Virus record (IMG/VR): IMGVR_UViG_2706795462_000001
Direction: 5' to 3' (one strand)
DNA length: 64,000 bases
DNA from: a virus
Lineage: Duplodnaviria > Heunggongvirae > Uroviricota > Caudoviricetes > Herelleviridae
The stretch's first letter is position 1; every line of letters starts with the position of its first letter. The notes beneath the pieces were generated by a model that saw nothing but the letters and a program-made list of their open reading frames with translations, did no database searches and was not told the origin of the DNA. The translations under genes were made by a program, and so were the position numbers. Below, one piece after another: positions 51,723 to 59,973 of this stretch.

Positions 51723-52324
51723 TGATTAAAAGAAGAAAACATTTAGACCATACAGTACAACCTGAGAAAGGATGGAGAACAGTACCTTTTAATGGTTACT
51801 ATGAAGCCCACCCTTCAGGTTTAATTAGAAATAAAGTAACAAGAAAACTAATTAAAGGAACACAGACAAGGAAAAATCATCCTAAGTGGACTGCTCATGA
51901 GATTGTATATTTAATTAACCCTAAGAAAACAAGTTATTCACGAGGTGTTGTTATTGCACATACCTTTCCTGAAATGATTAGCCAATCACGAGGAGACCTT
52001 AAGAACGGTCACGTATGTTTTAAAGATGGTGACAGAAGTAATTGTCATGTAAATAATATGTTTATTGGTAAAGGTAATGTTAATAAGAATATCTACAAAT
52101 TAAATGATTCCTATTTGACTAGAAAAGATATTGAAGAGGATATCAACAACTTAGTTAATGAGAGACTATTCTCTCAGTTAGAGTTACTTATTAAGAAAAA
52201 TGAACCTGAAAGAATTACACCTAGCAATCACTTTATTAAAAGAGATAATAATGTATTCAGTATCACGGATTTATCTAAAAACTCTTTAGTAGAATTTGAA
52301 TTAGAAATCAAAAATATTAAATAA
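51722..52324 (+). CDS. NUMOD4/HNH-like protein with a degenerate active site (200 aa)
   Basis: WRTVPFNGYYEAHPSGLIRN (NUMOD4-like); VCFKDGDRSNCHVNNM versus consensus VxHxDGxxxNNxxxNL. Confidence 0.65.
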   Translation: MIKRRKHLDHTVQPEKGWRTVPFNGYYEAHPSGLIRNKVTRKLIKGTQTRKNHPKWTAHEIVYLINPKKTSYSRGVVIAHTFPEMISQSRGDLKNGHVCFKDGDRSNCHVNNMFIGKGNVNKNIYKLNDSYLTRKDIEEDINNLVNERLFSQLELLIKKNEPERITPSNHFIKRDNNVFSITDLSKNSLVEFELEIKNIK

Positions 52325-52337
52325 GGTGGCTATATAA

Positions 52338-52517
52338 ATGAATGAGTGGTATGCTTTATGTTACTATGATAAAGTAGGTAAAAAGAAAATACCTAGGCAA
52401 GTTAGAGCACACAGAGATATTTCAGTATTAGAAGAGCTAAAAGAAAGATTAGAAGAAAGAAATCCTAGTACAGAATACTCTATAAAAACAACAAAAGAAT
52501 TTGATGAGGAGAGATAG
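52338..52517 (+). CDS. Hypothetical protein (59 aa, MNEWYALCYYDK...)
   Basis: RBS AAGGTGG; not in the ORF track. Confidence 0.75.
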   Translation: MNEWYALCYYDKVGKKKIPRQVRAHRDISVLEELKERLEERNPSTEYSIKTTKEFDEER

Positions 52518-52519
52518 GG

Positions 52520-52588
52520 ATGTTAACACCACAGCAAAAAGATTCATTAAAAAAGCAACAAAAGAAATTAAATAAAAAGAAGAAATAA
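52520..52588 (+). CDS. 22-aa Lys/Gln-rich peptide MLTPQQKDSLKKQQKKLNKKKK
   Basis: RBS GAGGAG 8 nt upstream; fills the gap up to the next promoter. Confidence 0.5.
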   Translation: MLTPQQKDSLKKQQKKLNKKKK

Positions 52589-52591
52589 CTG

Positions 52592-52620
52592 TTGACAAAT
52601 GAGTGTACATAGGTTATACT
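52592..52620 (+). promoter_or_regulatory. sigmaA-type promoter
   Basis: TTGACA-N17-TATACT. Confidence 0.85.
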
Positions 52621-52651
52621 TAAGTTAACAAATAAAGAGGAGGTATGACCT

Positions 52652-52726
52652 ATGTTATTCATAATTTTTTTCTTAGCAGTATTCTTTGTATTAGGATTTA
52701 TTAACGGATGGAACTCAGAAGACTAA
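52652..52726 (+). CDS. 24-aa hydrophobic peptide MLFIIFFLAVFFVLGFINGWNSED
   Basis: RBS GAGGAGGT; first ORF after the promoter. Confidence 0.7.
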   Translation: MLFIIFFLAVFFVLGFINGWNSED

Positions 52727-52742
52727 AAAAGGAGTGGTTATA

Positions 52743-53153
52743 GTGAAGTTAGAAGATAAAGTATTAGAAAGAATTGATTCTCTTGGAGGTAAGTTAGGTG
52801 ATATTAGCCAACATGCTTGGGAAGCTTTAGTAAAGTATCAAATTATATATGGTATTATAGACCTTATAGTAGGTATTATAGTTATAGCATTAACTGTATT
52901 TTTATGGAAGTTATTTATTAACCAACATAAAAAGGTAAATGATATAGATAGAGATGATGATTATAGTTTACTATTTGAAGATTGTGAAGATTTATCAGGT
53001 ATAGGTTTGTTTTATGTAATAGCTACATCAATCATATCACTATTTGCATTTATATACTTAGTATATGGAATACCTATGGATATTATAAAAATACTGAACC
53101 CTGAGGTATTTGCAGTAAAAGATTTAATCGAACAAGCTAAAGGAGGAAACTAA
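52743..53153 (+). CDS. Membrane protein (136 aa, GTG start) with NPEVFA motif
   Basis: Two TM helices; paralog of 53465-53752. Confidence 0.75.
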   Translation: MKLEDKVLERIDSLGGKLGDISQHAWEALVKYQIIYGIIDLIVGIIVIALTVFLWKLFINQHKKVNDIDRDDDYSLLFEDCEDLSGIGLFYVIATSIISLFAFIYLVYGIPMDIIKILNPEVFAVKDLIEQAKGGN

Positions 53154-53154
53154 A

Positions 53155-53448
53155 ATGAAACAAAGAGATTTTGAATTTGAGGAAGATTTTGTATTAACTT
53201 ACGAGTGTGAGGATTGCAAACATTTTGAAGATTGGGGTCATGATGAAGAGCCTGAAGAATGTAGTGAATGTGGTAGTAGTGACTTAATTAACAATACAAG
53301 TCATGAAGACACTGAGTGTGACATGTGTAAAGGGTACATTGATATGTGGCAAGATGGATATAGATACATGGGAGATAATAAAGCATACCTTGAAAAAGAA
53401 GATTCAGGTTTAATTTGTGAAGATTGTTATGAGAAATTAGATATTTAA
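53155..53448 (+). CDS. Acidic zinc-ribbon protein (97 aa, four CxxC)
   Basis: CEDC, CSEC, CDMC, CEDC. Confidence 0.8.
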   Translation: MKQRDFEFEEDFVLTYECEDCKHFEDWGHDEEPEECSECGSSDLINNTSHEDTECDMCKGYIDMWQDGYRYMGDNKAYLEKEDSGLICEDCYEKLDI

Positions 53449-53464
53449 TAAGGAGGAAATTAAA

Positions 53465-53752
53465 ATGAACAAAGCAGTAGAGCAAGCAAGTAGTGCATTA
53501 GGGCAAGGTTTTTCAGCTATGGTATGGCACCAGGTGTTAGTAGGTTTAGGATTTATTTTACTAGGGGTGTTATTATCTTTATTAGTTTGGGTACTAGTAA
53601 AAAAATTACAGGTACCATTTAACCATCCAACAGCTTTTGTAGTATACTCAATTATGTTAGTTAGTATTGTTGCTAGTTTTATTTGGGGTGGTTTACACGT
53701 AATTAACCCTGAGTATTATGCTATTTTAGAACTTAAAGGGTTTATAAAGTAG
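53465..53752 (+). CDS. Membrane protein (95 aa) with NPEYYA motif
   Basis: Two TM helices; RBS AAGGAGG. Confidence 0.8.
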   Translation: MNKAVEQASSALGQGFSAMVWHQVLVGLGFILLGVLLSLLVWVLVKKLQVPFNHPTAFVVYSIMLVSIVASFIWGGLHVINPEYYAILELKGFIK

Positions 53753-53762
53753 GAGGAATTCT

Positions 53763-53876
53763 ATGACTAAAGAAGAGTTAGAGCAAAGAGTAAAAGAACT
53801 TGAAGCAGAGAATAAAGAACTTAAAAAACAAATAGAACGTTTTGAAGACGAGGGAGGAAAAACAAAAGATGAATAG
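53763..53876 (+). CDS. 37-aa coiled-coil peptide MTKEELEQRVKELEAENKELKKQIERFE...
   Basis: RBS AGGAGG; heptad pattern; not in the ORF track. Confidence 0.75.
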   Translation: MTKEELEQRVKELEAENKELKKQIERFEDEGGKTKDE

Positions 53877-54138
53877 TAGACAAAAGAAAATTCTAACATT
53901 AACAATAAATAATTTTTTAATGTTAGCCTTAGATACTGTAGCACTAATTAGATATAAAAAAGGTAAAATTAAACAAGAGAACTATAATACAGGACAGATT
54001 ACAAGAACAATAGTTACAACAGCTAACTCATTAGGTATTCTTTACTTAGAAGAACAAGAGCGTAAAGAAGTTAAAGATATTAAAATAGGTACTTTTGAAA
54101 CTGGAGACCTTAAAAGATTTATGAATACAAATAAATAA
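53869..54138 (+). CDS. Hypothetical protein (89 aa)
   Basis: RBS GGAGG before ATG 53869. Confidence 0.75.
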   Translation: MNSRQKKILTLTINNFLMLALDTVALIRYKKGKIKQENYNTGQITRTIVTTANSLGILYLEEQERKEVKDIKIGTFETGDLKRFMNTNK

Positions 54139-54145
54139 AAAGTTT

Positions 54146-54184
54146 AAGAAACCTATTGACATTAGGTTTCTTTTATTATATACT
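54146..54184 (+). promoter_or_regulatory. Hairpin with the -35 in its loop + sigmaA promoter
   Basis: AAGAAACCTA-TTGACAT-TAGGTTTCTT; TATACT at 54179. Confidence 0.85.
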
Positions 54185-54213
54185 AATATTATAAGAAATA
54201 AGGAGGTTAACTT

Positions 54214-54519
54214 ATGAAAGGTATTATTATATTTTACAAAGAAGAGACCAAAGAGGATTTAGGATATTTTCTTGGGTTTATAAACTTTAAGCTAGAAGGA
54301 TTATCTTACACAACTGAAGGTACTTTAGTAGATAATGATGTAGTAGTTTTAAAGGATAACCAAATTAATGAGGATAATTTAGAACAGTTTAGTATGTCAA
54401 ACAATAATTTAGTTATTGGAATACTAGGTCATTCATCTCTTTCAGTACGTATCTATGAAAAAGGTATTAGACAAGAAATTGAAAGAGTAGAAGAATATTT
54501 AGAGGAGTTGAGACAATAA
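54214..54519 (+). CDS. Hypothetical protein (101 aa)
   Basis: RBS AAGGAGG. Confidence 0.8.
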   Translation: MKGIIIFYKEETKEDLGYFLGFINFKLEGLSYTTEGTLVDNDVVVLKDNQINEDNLEQFSMSNNNLVIGILGHSSLSVRIYEKGIRQEIERVEEYLEELRQ

Positions 54520-54926
54520 TGTTAGCAATATTTGCATTAATTTTTGGTTTACTATTTATTTTATCTTTATTAGGTATTTTTATTTATTCTATATTTTTAC
54601 GAAAGAAAAAACAATTAATAGAAGAAAGAGAATCATTTGGTATTTATAATAGAACGAAAGAAAAACTGGGTGATGTAACACGTTTAGGGTATGAGGAAGA
54701 TGTATATAAGTTAATCCATAACCAATCTAATAAGACAATCATAGAGGATAAAAAGAGTAAAGTTGTAGATACAATTAAAAAGATGTATGAATTAGAATTA
54801 ACATCTGTAGATGTTTCTAAGGTAGAAGGATTATCTCCACTCGATACAGAACCTATGACAAATATGAAATTACTTTCATATAAGCTAGATAGAGAAGGAT
54901 TATATAGTTTGAGTAAATTTATTTAG
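54519..54926 (+). CDS. N-terminally anchored membrane protein (135 aa)
   Basis: N-terminal TM; TAATG overlap. Confidence 0.8.
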   Translation: MLAIFALIFGLLFILSLLGIFIYSIFLRKKKQLIEERESFGIYNRTKEKLGDVTRLGYEEDVYKLIHNQSNKTIIEDKKSKVVDTIKKMYELELTSVDVSKVEGLSPLDTEPMTNMKLLSYKLDREGLYSLSKFI

Positions 54927-54936
54927 GAGTGATACA

Positions 54937-55173
54937 ATGGAATTTATAGATAAAAATAATGTGATTAAAGCTTACGATATACCAAATGTTTATTTAAAAG
55001 GTTATGTATTACAGGCATGTGATAAAAATGGAGATACAACAGCTTATGATGGTTATGACCAAATACACTATAAAAAAGGTAGAGTATTAACATTCCCTTT
55101 TGATAAACCATTAAGAAAGATAAATGTACTATCAGGATATTACAAACTATTTAAAAAGGAGGACATAATATGA
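54937..55173 (+). CDS. Hypothetical protein (78 aa)
   Basis: RBS AGGAG. Confidence 0.8.
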   Translation: MEFIDKNNVIKAYDIPNVYLKGYVLQACDKNGDTTAYDGYDQIHYKKGRVLTFPFDKPLRKINVLSGYYKLFKKEDII

Positions 55174-55697
55174 TTTATTTTGTTAGTGATTTACATTTTG
55201 GTCATGATAATATTAGAGAATTTGAAGCACCTACAAGAAGTCACTGGAACTCAGTAGAAGAGATGGATGAAGGTTTAATTGAGTTGTGGAATAATACAAT
55301 TACAAATAACGATATTGTTTATAATATTGGAGACTTCTTTTTCAATATGAAACCGTCTAAAGTAGAAGATATACTTAATAGACTAAATTACAAAGAGATG
55401 ATACTGATTGCAGGTAACCATGACCATAAGAAACTTATAAAACTATATGAACGTAATGGTATTACAGTAAAGTACGCAGATATGATTAAAAAGGATGGTA
55501 AAAGATTTTATCTAAGCCATTACCCTACGCTAATAGGTAGAAAAAACATGTTTAATATTCATGGTCATATACATTCACAGTTAATGGATACAGAGTATCA
55601 CATTAATGTAGGTTATGATGTAGAGGGTAAGATTGCCTATAGTTTTGATGATATTATAAGTAGAGCAGGTGAATATAATGGAGAAATTCAAAGGTAA
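55170..55697 (+). CDS. Calcineurin-like phosphoesterase (175 aa)
   Basis: SDLHFGH, GDFF, GNHD, SHYP, HGHIH. Confidence 0.9.
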   Translation: MIYFVSDLHFGHDNIREFEAPTRSHWNSVEEMDEGLIELWNNTITNNDIVYNIGDFFFNMKPSKVEDILNRLNYKEMILIAGNHDHKKLIKLYERNGITVKYADMIKKDGKRFYLSHYPTLIGRKNMFNIHGHIHSQLMDTEYHINVGYDVEGKIAYSFDDIISRAGEYNGEIQR

Positions 55698-55989
55698 AGA
55701 TTTATATAAAACTAGAATTAGAAAGCAAACAATTAAAAATTTAGTTATAAAAACAGAGAAGCTACATAATAAACATGGAAAGTATAGACCTATCGGTCAT
55801 GTCTATTATTACCCGAAAACAAAAGAGTTTACTTTATCCAAACCTGAGCAGAAAATATTTATAGAGTACATGAAGGCATTAGGTTTTAGTGTTAAACACA
55901 AGAGACGTAAGAAAATAATTATAGTATACAAGAATGTGTTAGATGAATATCTTAGTATGTATCAGGAAGCAATTGAAAGTACGTGTTGA
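55678..55989 (+). CDS. Basic hypothetical protein (103 aa)
   Basis: ORF; RBS GCAGGTG. Confidence 0.75.
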   Translation: MEKFKGKDLYKTRIRKQTIKNLVIKTEKLHNKHGKYRPIGHVYYYPKTKEFTLSKPEQKIFIEYMKALGFSVKHKRRKKIIIVYKNVLDEYLSMYQEAIESTC

Positions 55990-56014
55990 CAATTAAGGTA
56001 TACTATGTTATAGT
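55986..56014 (+). promoter_or_regulatory. sigmaA-type promoter
   Basis: TTGACA-N17-TATAGT with TG. Confidence 0.85.
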
Positions 56015-56034
56015 ATAGAAAAGGAGGTTAACTG

Positions 56035-56214
56035 ATGAAGCATTTTATTTTGATTTTAGGAATTGTAATTCTAGTTATTGCATTAGGTATTGTTTTACCT
56101 GCATGGATTTTACAATTAGTGTTATCTGCATTTGGTGTTAAAGTAAGTATTTGGGTATGTATCGGGATATTTATCTTAATCAGTGCAGTAGGAAGTATGT
56201 TTAGTAGAAATTAA
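56035..56214 (+). CDS. Membrane protein (59 aa, MKHFILILGIVILVIALG...)
   Basis: RBS AAAGGAGGT; not in the ORF track. Confidence 0.8.
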   Translation: MKHFILILGIVILVIALGIVLPAWILQLVLSAFGVKVSIWVCIGIFILISAVGSMFSRN

Positions 56215-56228
56215 AGGAGGAACTATAA

Positions 56229-56492
56229 ATGGCAAAATATGAATCAAATATCAACGGAGAAAATTATATTGCAACACCATCACAAGCTTTAAGAGAGGCA
56301 CTAGCAGAATTAATTAAAGAAGAAAAGAACTTTGCAGATTACCAAACTAAGGGTGAGGAACAGTATGAATCACAGTTACAACTAAGACACTTCGATGCAA
56401 TGATTTCTCAGTATGAAGAAGCTATTCGAGTATTAGAGGATAGATATTTATCTCAGATTTTTATTCCAAAAGATAATAAGGAGGAAAAGTAA
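56229..56492 (+). CDS. Hypothetical protein (87 aa)
   Basis: RBS AAAGGAGG. Confidence 0.8.
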   Translation: MAKYESNINGENYIATPSQALREALAELIKEEKNFADYQTKGEEQYESQLQLRHFDAMISQYEEAIRVLEDRYLSQIFIPKDNKEEK

Positions 56493-56494
56493 TT

Positions 56495-56812
56495 ATGAAA
56501 GCAGAGTCAATAGCACGATTTTTTCAGGATAAGGTATTACAAATAGAAGGGTATAAGGTAAGATTCACTCAAGCTAGTTCATCATATATTTTAGATATAG
56601 ATACTATGGATGAATCAGTATTGTTTTTAGATACTGTAGTTTTCACTCTATCAGGCAAGTACTTATTAGATACACATATTACGATTAATAAACCTGAAAC
56701 ACTAAGCTCTAAGGAATTATACACAGAGATTGGTAATAAACTACAAGAGATTGTAGGAGACCAAACGAAAACAGATATCGAATTAACTCGATACTTTAAG
56801 GAGGTAAAATAA
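56495..56812 (+). CDS. Hypothetical protein (105 aa), paralog of the N-terminus of the next gene
   Basis: KELYTEIGNKLQEIVGDQTKTD versus KEIITQIKDKVLKIVEEQIKTD. Confidence 0.8.
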   Translation: MKAESIARFFQDKVLQIEGYKVRFTQASSSYILDIDTMDESVLFLDTVVFTLSGKYLLDTHITINKPETLSSKELYTEIGNKLQEIVGDQTKTDIELTRYFKEVK

Positions 56813-57466
56813 ATGAAATCAGATGCTATTATAAATTCATTATTAAATATGAAACATATAAATATACAAAAACACAATATAAAAGTAACACTTGAGAAAG
56901 GTAGATATAAGGGTGTAGGGTATCTAATAGAGTTTGAAACCTCAATACAATACAGAAATAATTATAAATTACAATCTCCAATAATTATATCTTACGAAAA
57001 TGAAGAGCCTAAAGAAATCATTACTCAAATTAAAGATAAAGTATTGAAAATTGTAGAAGAGCAGATAAAGACAGATGATTTATTTATTGAAGCAATTGAT
57101 GATATTAATAAGGAGACAGCTCTTAGAAAACTAAAGCCTTATATTAATGAAGAATACTACTCAGTGTTTAAATCATCTATTGATAAGGGAGTACCTGTAG
57201 TTTTACCTTCTGAACTTTTAGATAGATGCACAGGAAAAACATCAACAATGGCTTATTTAGCTATAGAATATGATTTACCTCTTATAGTATCAAACACAGT
57301 CATGGTTAGAGTGCTATTAAATGATTATCCGACTATTAAAGTTACATCGAAAAAAAGAGAAGGTTACAAAGACTCAATAGTGTTAATTGACGAGCCTGAC
57401 TCTGAAATACTAAATCTTTACTTAGGTATGCCTGAGTGTGATATTATTGGTATTACGAAAAAATAA
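56813..57466 (+). CDS. 217-aa protein with a C-terminal minimal P-loop domain
   Basis: RCTGKTST (Walker A-like) and VLIDE (Walker B-like). Confidence 0.65.
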   Translation: MKSDAIINSLLNMKHINIQKHNIKVTLEKGRYKGVGYLIEFETSIQYRNNYKLQSPIIISYENEEPKEIITQIKDKVLKIVEEQIKTDDLFIEAIDDINKETALRKLKPYINEEYYSVFKSSIDKGVPVVLPSELLDRCTGKTSTMAYLAIEYDLPLIVSNTVMVRVLLNDYPTIKVTSKKREGYKDSIVLIDEPDSEILNLYLGMPECDIIGITKK

Positions 57467-57477
57467 ATAAATTTATA

Positions 57478-57514
57478 AATACCTGTTGACAACAGGTATT
57501 TTTTATAGTATACT
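57478..57514 (+). promoter_or_regulatory. Hairpin centred on the -35 + sigmaA promoter
   Basis: AATACCTGTT-GAC-AACAGGTATT + T5; TATACT at 57509. Confidence 0.85.
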
Positions 57515-57543
57515 TTAGATATAAAGAAAAAGGAGAGGTTAAC

Positions 57544-57747
57544 ATGAATAACAAACAAATTGAAAGATTACACAAGAAAGCAAACGAGGTAGTAAGTAAA
57601 TCAGAAGATATTGAAGATTTAGGTTATGTGCAGGCACATAAAATTATTAAAGGATATCTTGATTTACCAGTGTCTGATTTTGAAAAGAGAGATGTAATGA
57701 CTGAATTACTATTAGCGTTAGATAAAGCTAATAAATCTATAGATTAA
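57544..57747 (+). CDS. Hypothetical protein (67 aa)
   Basis: RBS AGGAGAGG. Confidence 0.8.
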   Translation: MNNKQIERLHKKANEVVSKSEDIEDLGYVQAHKIIKGYLDLPVSDFEKRDVMTELLLALDKANKSID

Positions 57748-57762
57748 TAAGGGGGTAGTAAT

Positions 57763-57921
57763 ATGGTAGATATTATAATTTTAATTGTCGGTTTAATATT
57801 ATTTTTAGCTAGCGGATATAAATTAGTTTTAGGTAAATATTATGATAACACAGATTTAAAAATGTTATTTACAATCTTTGGTATCGGTACTATACTATTA
57901 CTTGTAGGATTTATATTATAA
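57763..57921 (+). CDS. Membrane protein (52 aa, MVDIIILIVGLILFLASG...)
   Basis: RBS AAGGGGGT; two TM helices; not in the ORF track. Confidence 0.75.
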   Translation: MVDIIILIVGLILFLASGYKLVLGKYYDNTDLKMLFTIFGIGTILLLVGFIL

Positions 57922-57936
57922 AGGAGGAAATTATAA

Positions 57937-58161
57937 ATGAACTATAAAGAAGTACTAGAAGTTATTAAAAAGAATAAGCCATGTAAGGTTAGATTTACTG
58001 GAAGTATTTTAGCAATTGTTAATAAGGAATTTAACGCAGATACTGATAAAGGTGTGTTACAAATTGATGTATCAAATATTAATAAAAATGACTACATTAA
58101 GTTACAACAGTATTGTTTAGAAAGAGATGATTATACTGTAGCAGGAGCTATTTTATTTTAA
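57937..58161 (+). CDS. Hypothetical protein (74 aa)
   Basis: RBS AAAGGAGG. Confidence 0.8.
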   Translation: MNYKEVLEVIKKNKPCKVRFTGSILAIVNKEFNADTDKGVLQIDVSNINKNDYIKLQQYCLERDDYTVAGAILF

Positions 58162-58173
58162 GGGGGAGTAATT

Positions 58174-58374
58174 ATGAATTATAGAGATTTTATTACGGAT
58201 TGTATTAGCGGGGGTTATAACGTCCACATTAGTGTTACTGAGAAAAGAGTTCATATTATTTCAGAAATGACATCAGCATCTTATCCGAAGAAAGAAATTA
58301 ATTTGGATGAACTGCAAGCTTATGTTTATTATATGAATAATTTTGGAAGTCAGATTACAACGGAGGGATTATAA
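58174..58374 (+). CDS. Hypothetical protein (66 aa)
   Basis: RBS AAGGGGGAG. Confidence 0.8.
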   Translation: MNYRDFITDCISGGYNVHISVTEKRVHIISEMTSASYPKKEINLDELQAYVYYMNNFGSQITTEGL

Positions 58375-58665
58375 ATGGAATTAGTTATTAATATTATAGC
58401 AGTATTAATTGGTATGTACGGTATTTACTTTTATGTTACAAAATTTAGTACTGGTCTATCAGGTATTTTAATTGTACTAGGTATGGCTGTAGGTCTTTAC
58501 TTTTACTTAGATTACTTAAATGTTAGAGAGAATGTTATTCGATTAGTATCTGTAATGTTTGGTGCTTTCTTATTTAGTATCGAGATGATTTATAATAAGA
58601 TTATGTTCGAAATTAAAAAATCTAAGTATGATAAGACTGTTAGAACGTACAGAGGAGACCAATAA
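58375..58665 (+). CDS. Membrane protein (96 aa, about 3 TM)
   Basis: Hydrophobic helices. Confidence 0.8.
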   Translation: MELVINIIAVLIGMYGIYFYVTKFSTGLSGILIVLGMAVGLYFYLDYLNVRENVIRLVSVMFGAFLFSIEMIYNKIMFEIKKSKYDKTVRTYRGDQ

Positions 58666-58679
58666 GAATTTTACTATAA

Positions 58680-58707
58680 AGAGTACTTAAAATAGGTTAA
58701 GTGCTCT
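58680..58707. other. Inverted repeat without U-tract upstream of the NAD operon
   Basis: AGAGTACTTAA-aatagg-TTAAGTGCTCT. Confidence 0.5.
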
Positions 58708-58757
58708 ATATGGTACCTTAAAATGGCTTAGAATTGAGATTAAGGAGATGAAAAGTT

Positions 58758-59051
58758 ATGTATCCTGATATAGGTGAGTTAGCTTATAAATTAAAAAGTA
58801 CTAGAGAAAGACTAGAAGGTATTATGATGGAGGAAGTTTGGGAAATACATCATAGAGAGACAGGAAAATTAGTTTTTAAAGGTGGATACTTAGAAGTAAA
58901 AGAAATATTAAGAAAAATGTATAAGGAGAATTTAACATTAGTAGATGTAGACACAATGTTAAATATCGGTCAAGGGTTTTTTGATGTTGCTAAAAGTATA
59001 TCAGCAGAAAATGTATTTCAAATAAACTATAAAAAGGAGTTACCACGATGA
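58758..59051 (+). CDS. Hypothetical protein (97 aa), translationally coupled to the Prs-like gene
   Basis: RBS AAGGAG; ATGA overlap at 59048. Confidence 0.75.
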   Translation: MYPDIGELAYKLKSTRERLEGIMMEEVWEIHHRETGKLVFKGGYLEVKEILRKMYKENLTLVDVDTMLNIGQGFFDVAKSISAENVFQINYKKELPR

Positions 59052-59956
59052 TTAAAGTATTTTCAGAAATGGATACAAAATATAAAACGATTGTACCGGA
59101 GAAATTCCCTAATGGAGAAATTAATTTTAAATATGATGACCTAAAATATTTAGTAGAAGGAGAACTATGGTTTGATGTTTTCTTTAAATGGGAAACTGAT
59201 GCAGACTTAATGCATTTGTATATGTTTACTAAGTATCTAGAACAATTAGGTATTAAAAATAATGTTTCCTTCCTGGAAATTGCGTATTTACCTTATAGTA
59301 GAATGGATAGAGTAGAAGAAGGTCATAGCAATATGTTTAGTCTTAAGTATATTGCAGAATTTATTAACAATCTTAATTATAAATCTGTGTTGATAGCAGA
59401 AGCTCATAGCCCTGTCACAGAAAATCTAATTAAAAATTCTGTTTCTATAGGTGTCACACTTAAATTATTAGACCAATATATTGAAATGTCTGAAGAACCT
59501 GTAACAATTGTACTACCGGATAAAGGAGCTTATGACAGGTACCTATCTGATGTGGAAGACATCTTAAGGGATTCCAATATTGAAAATTATTCAATTGTAT
59601 ATGGTGAAAAGAAACGTGATTTTGAAACAGGTAAAATTAAAGGTATTAAAATTGTTAAGGATAAAAATACTTTATATGATAACTGTATTATACTAGATGA
59701 TTTAACAAGTTATGGTGGTACATTTGTAGGTTGTAAAAAAGCCCTTGACAATCTTAAGGTAAATAGTGTATCATTAATATTGACCCATGCAGAGAAAGTA
59801 TTTAAAAACGGTAAATTACTCGATTCAGGATTTAAAGATATTATTGTAACAGACTCAATGTTACCTGATAGCCAGTGGGAAAAAGCTATTGCTAAACATA
59901 GAGCACAAGAAAACGGAACAGAATTACAAATAAAGAGTATCGAAAGATATCTATAA
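59048..59956 (+). CDS. Ribose-phosphate pyrophosphokinase-like enzyme (candidate ADPR-PP synthetase, Adps)
   Basis: KFPNGE, YLPYSRMDR, LPDKGA, ILDDLTSYGGTF. Confidence 0.85.
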   Translation: MIKVFSEMDTKYKTIVPEKFPNGEINFKYDDLKYLVEGELWFDVFFKWETDADLMHLYMFTKYLEQLGIKNNVSFLEIAYLPYSRMDRVEEGHSNMFSLKYIAEFINNLNYKSVLIAEAHSPVTENLIKNSVSIGVTLKLLDQYIEMSEEPVTIVLPDKGAYDRYLSDVEDILRDSNIENYSIVYGEKKRDFETGKIKGIKIVKDKNTLYDNCIILDDLTSYGGTFVGCKKALDNLKVNSVSLILTHAEKVFKNGKLLDSGFKDIIVTDSMLPDSQWEKAIAKHRAQENGTELQIKSIERYL

Positions 59957-59973
59957 AAGGAGAAGAATAAACT

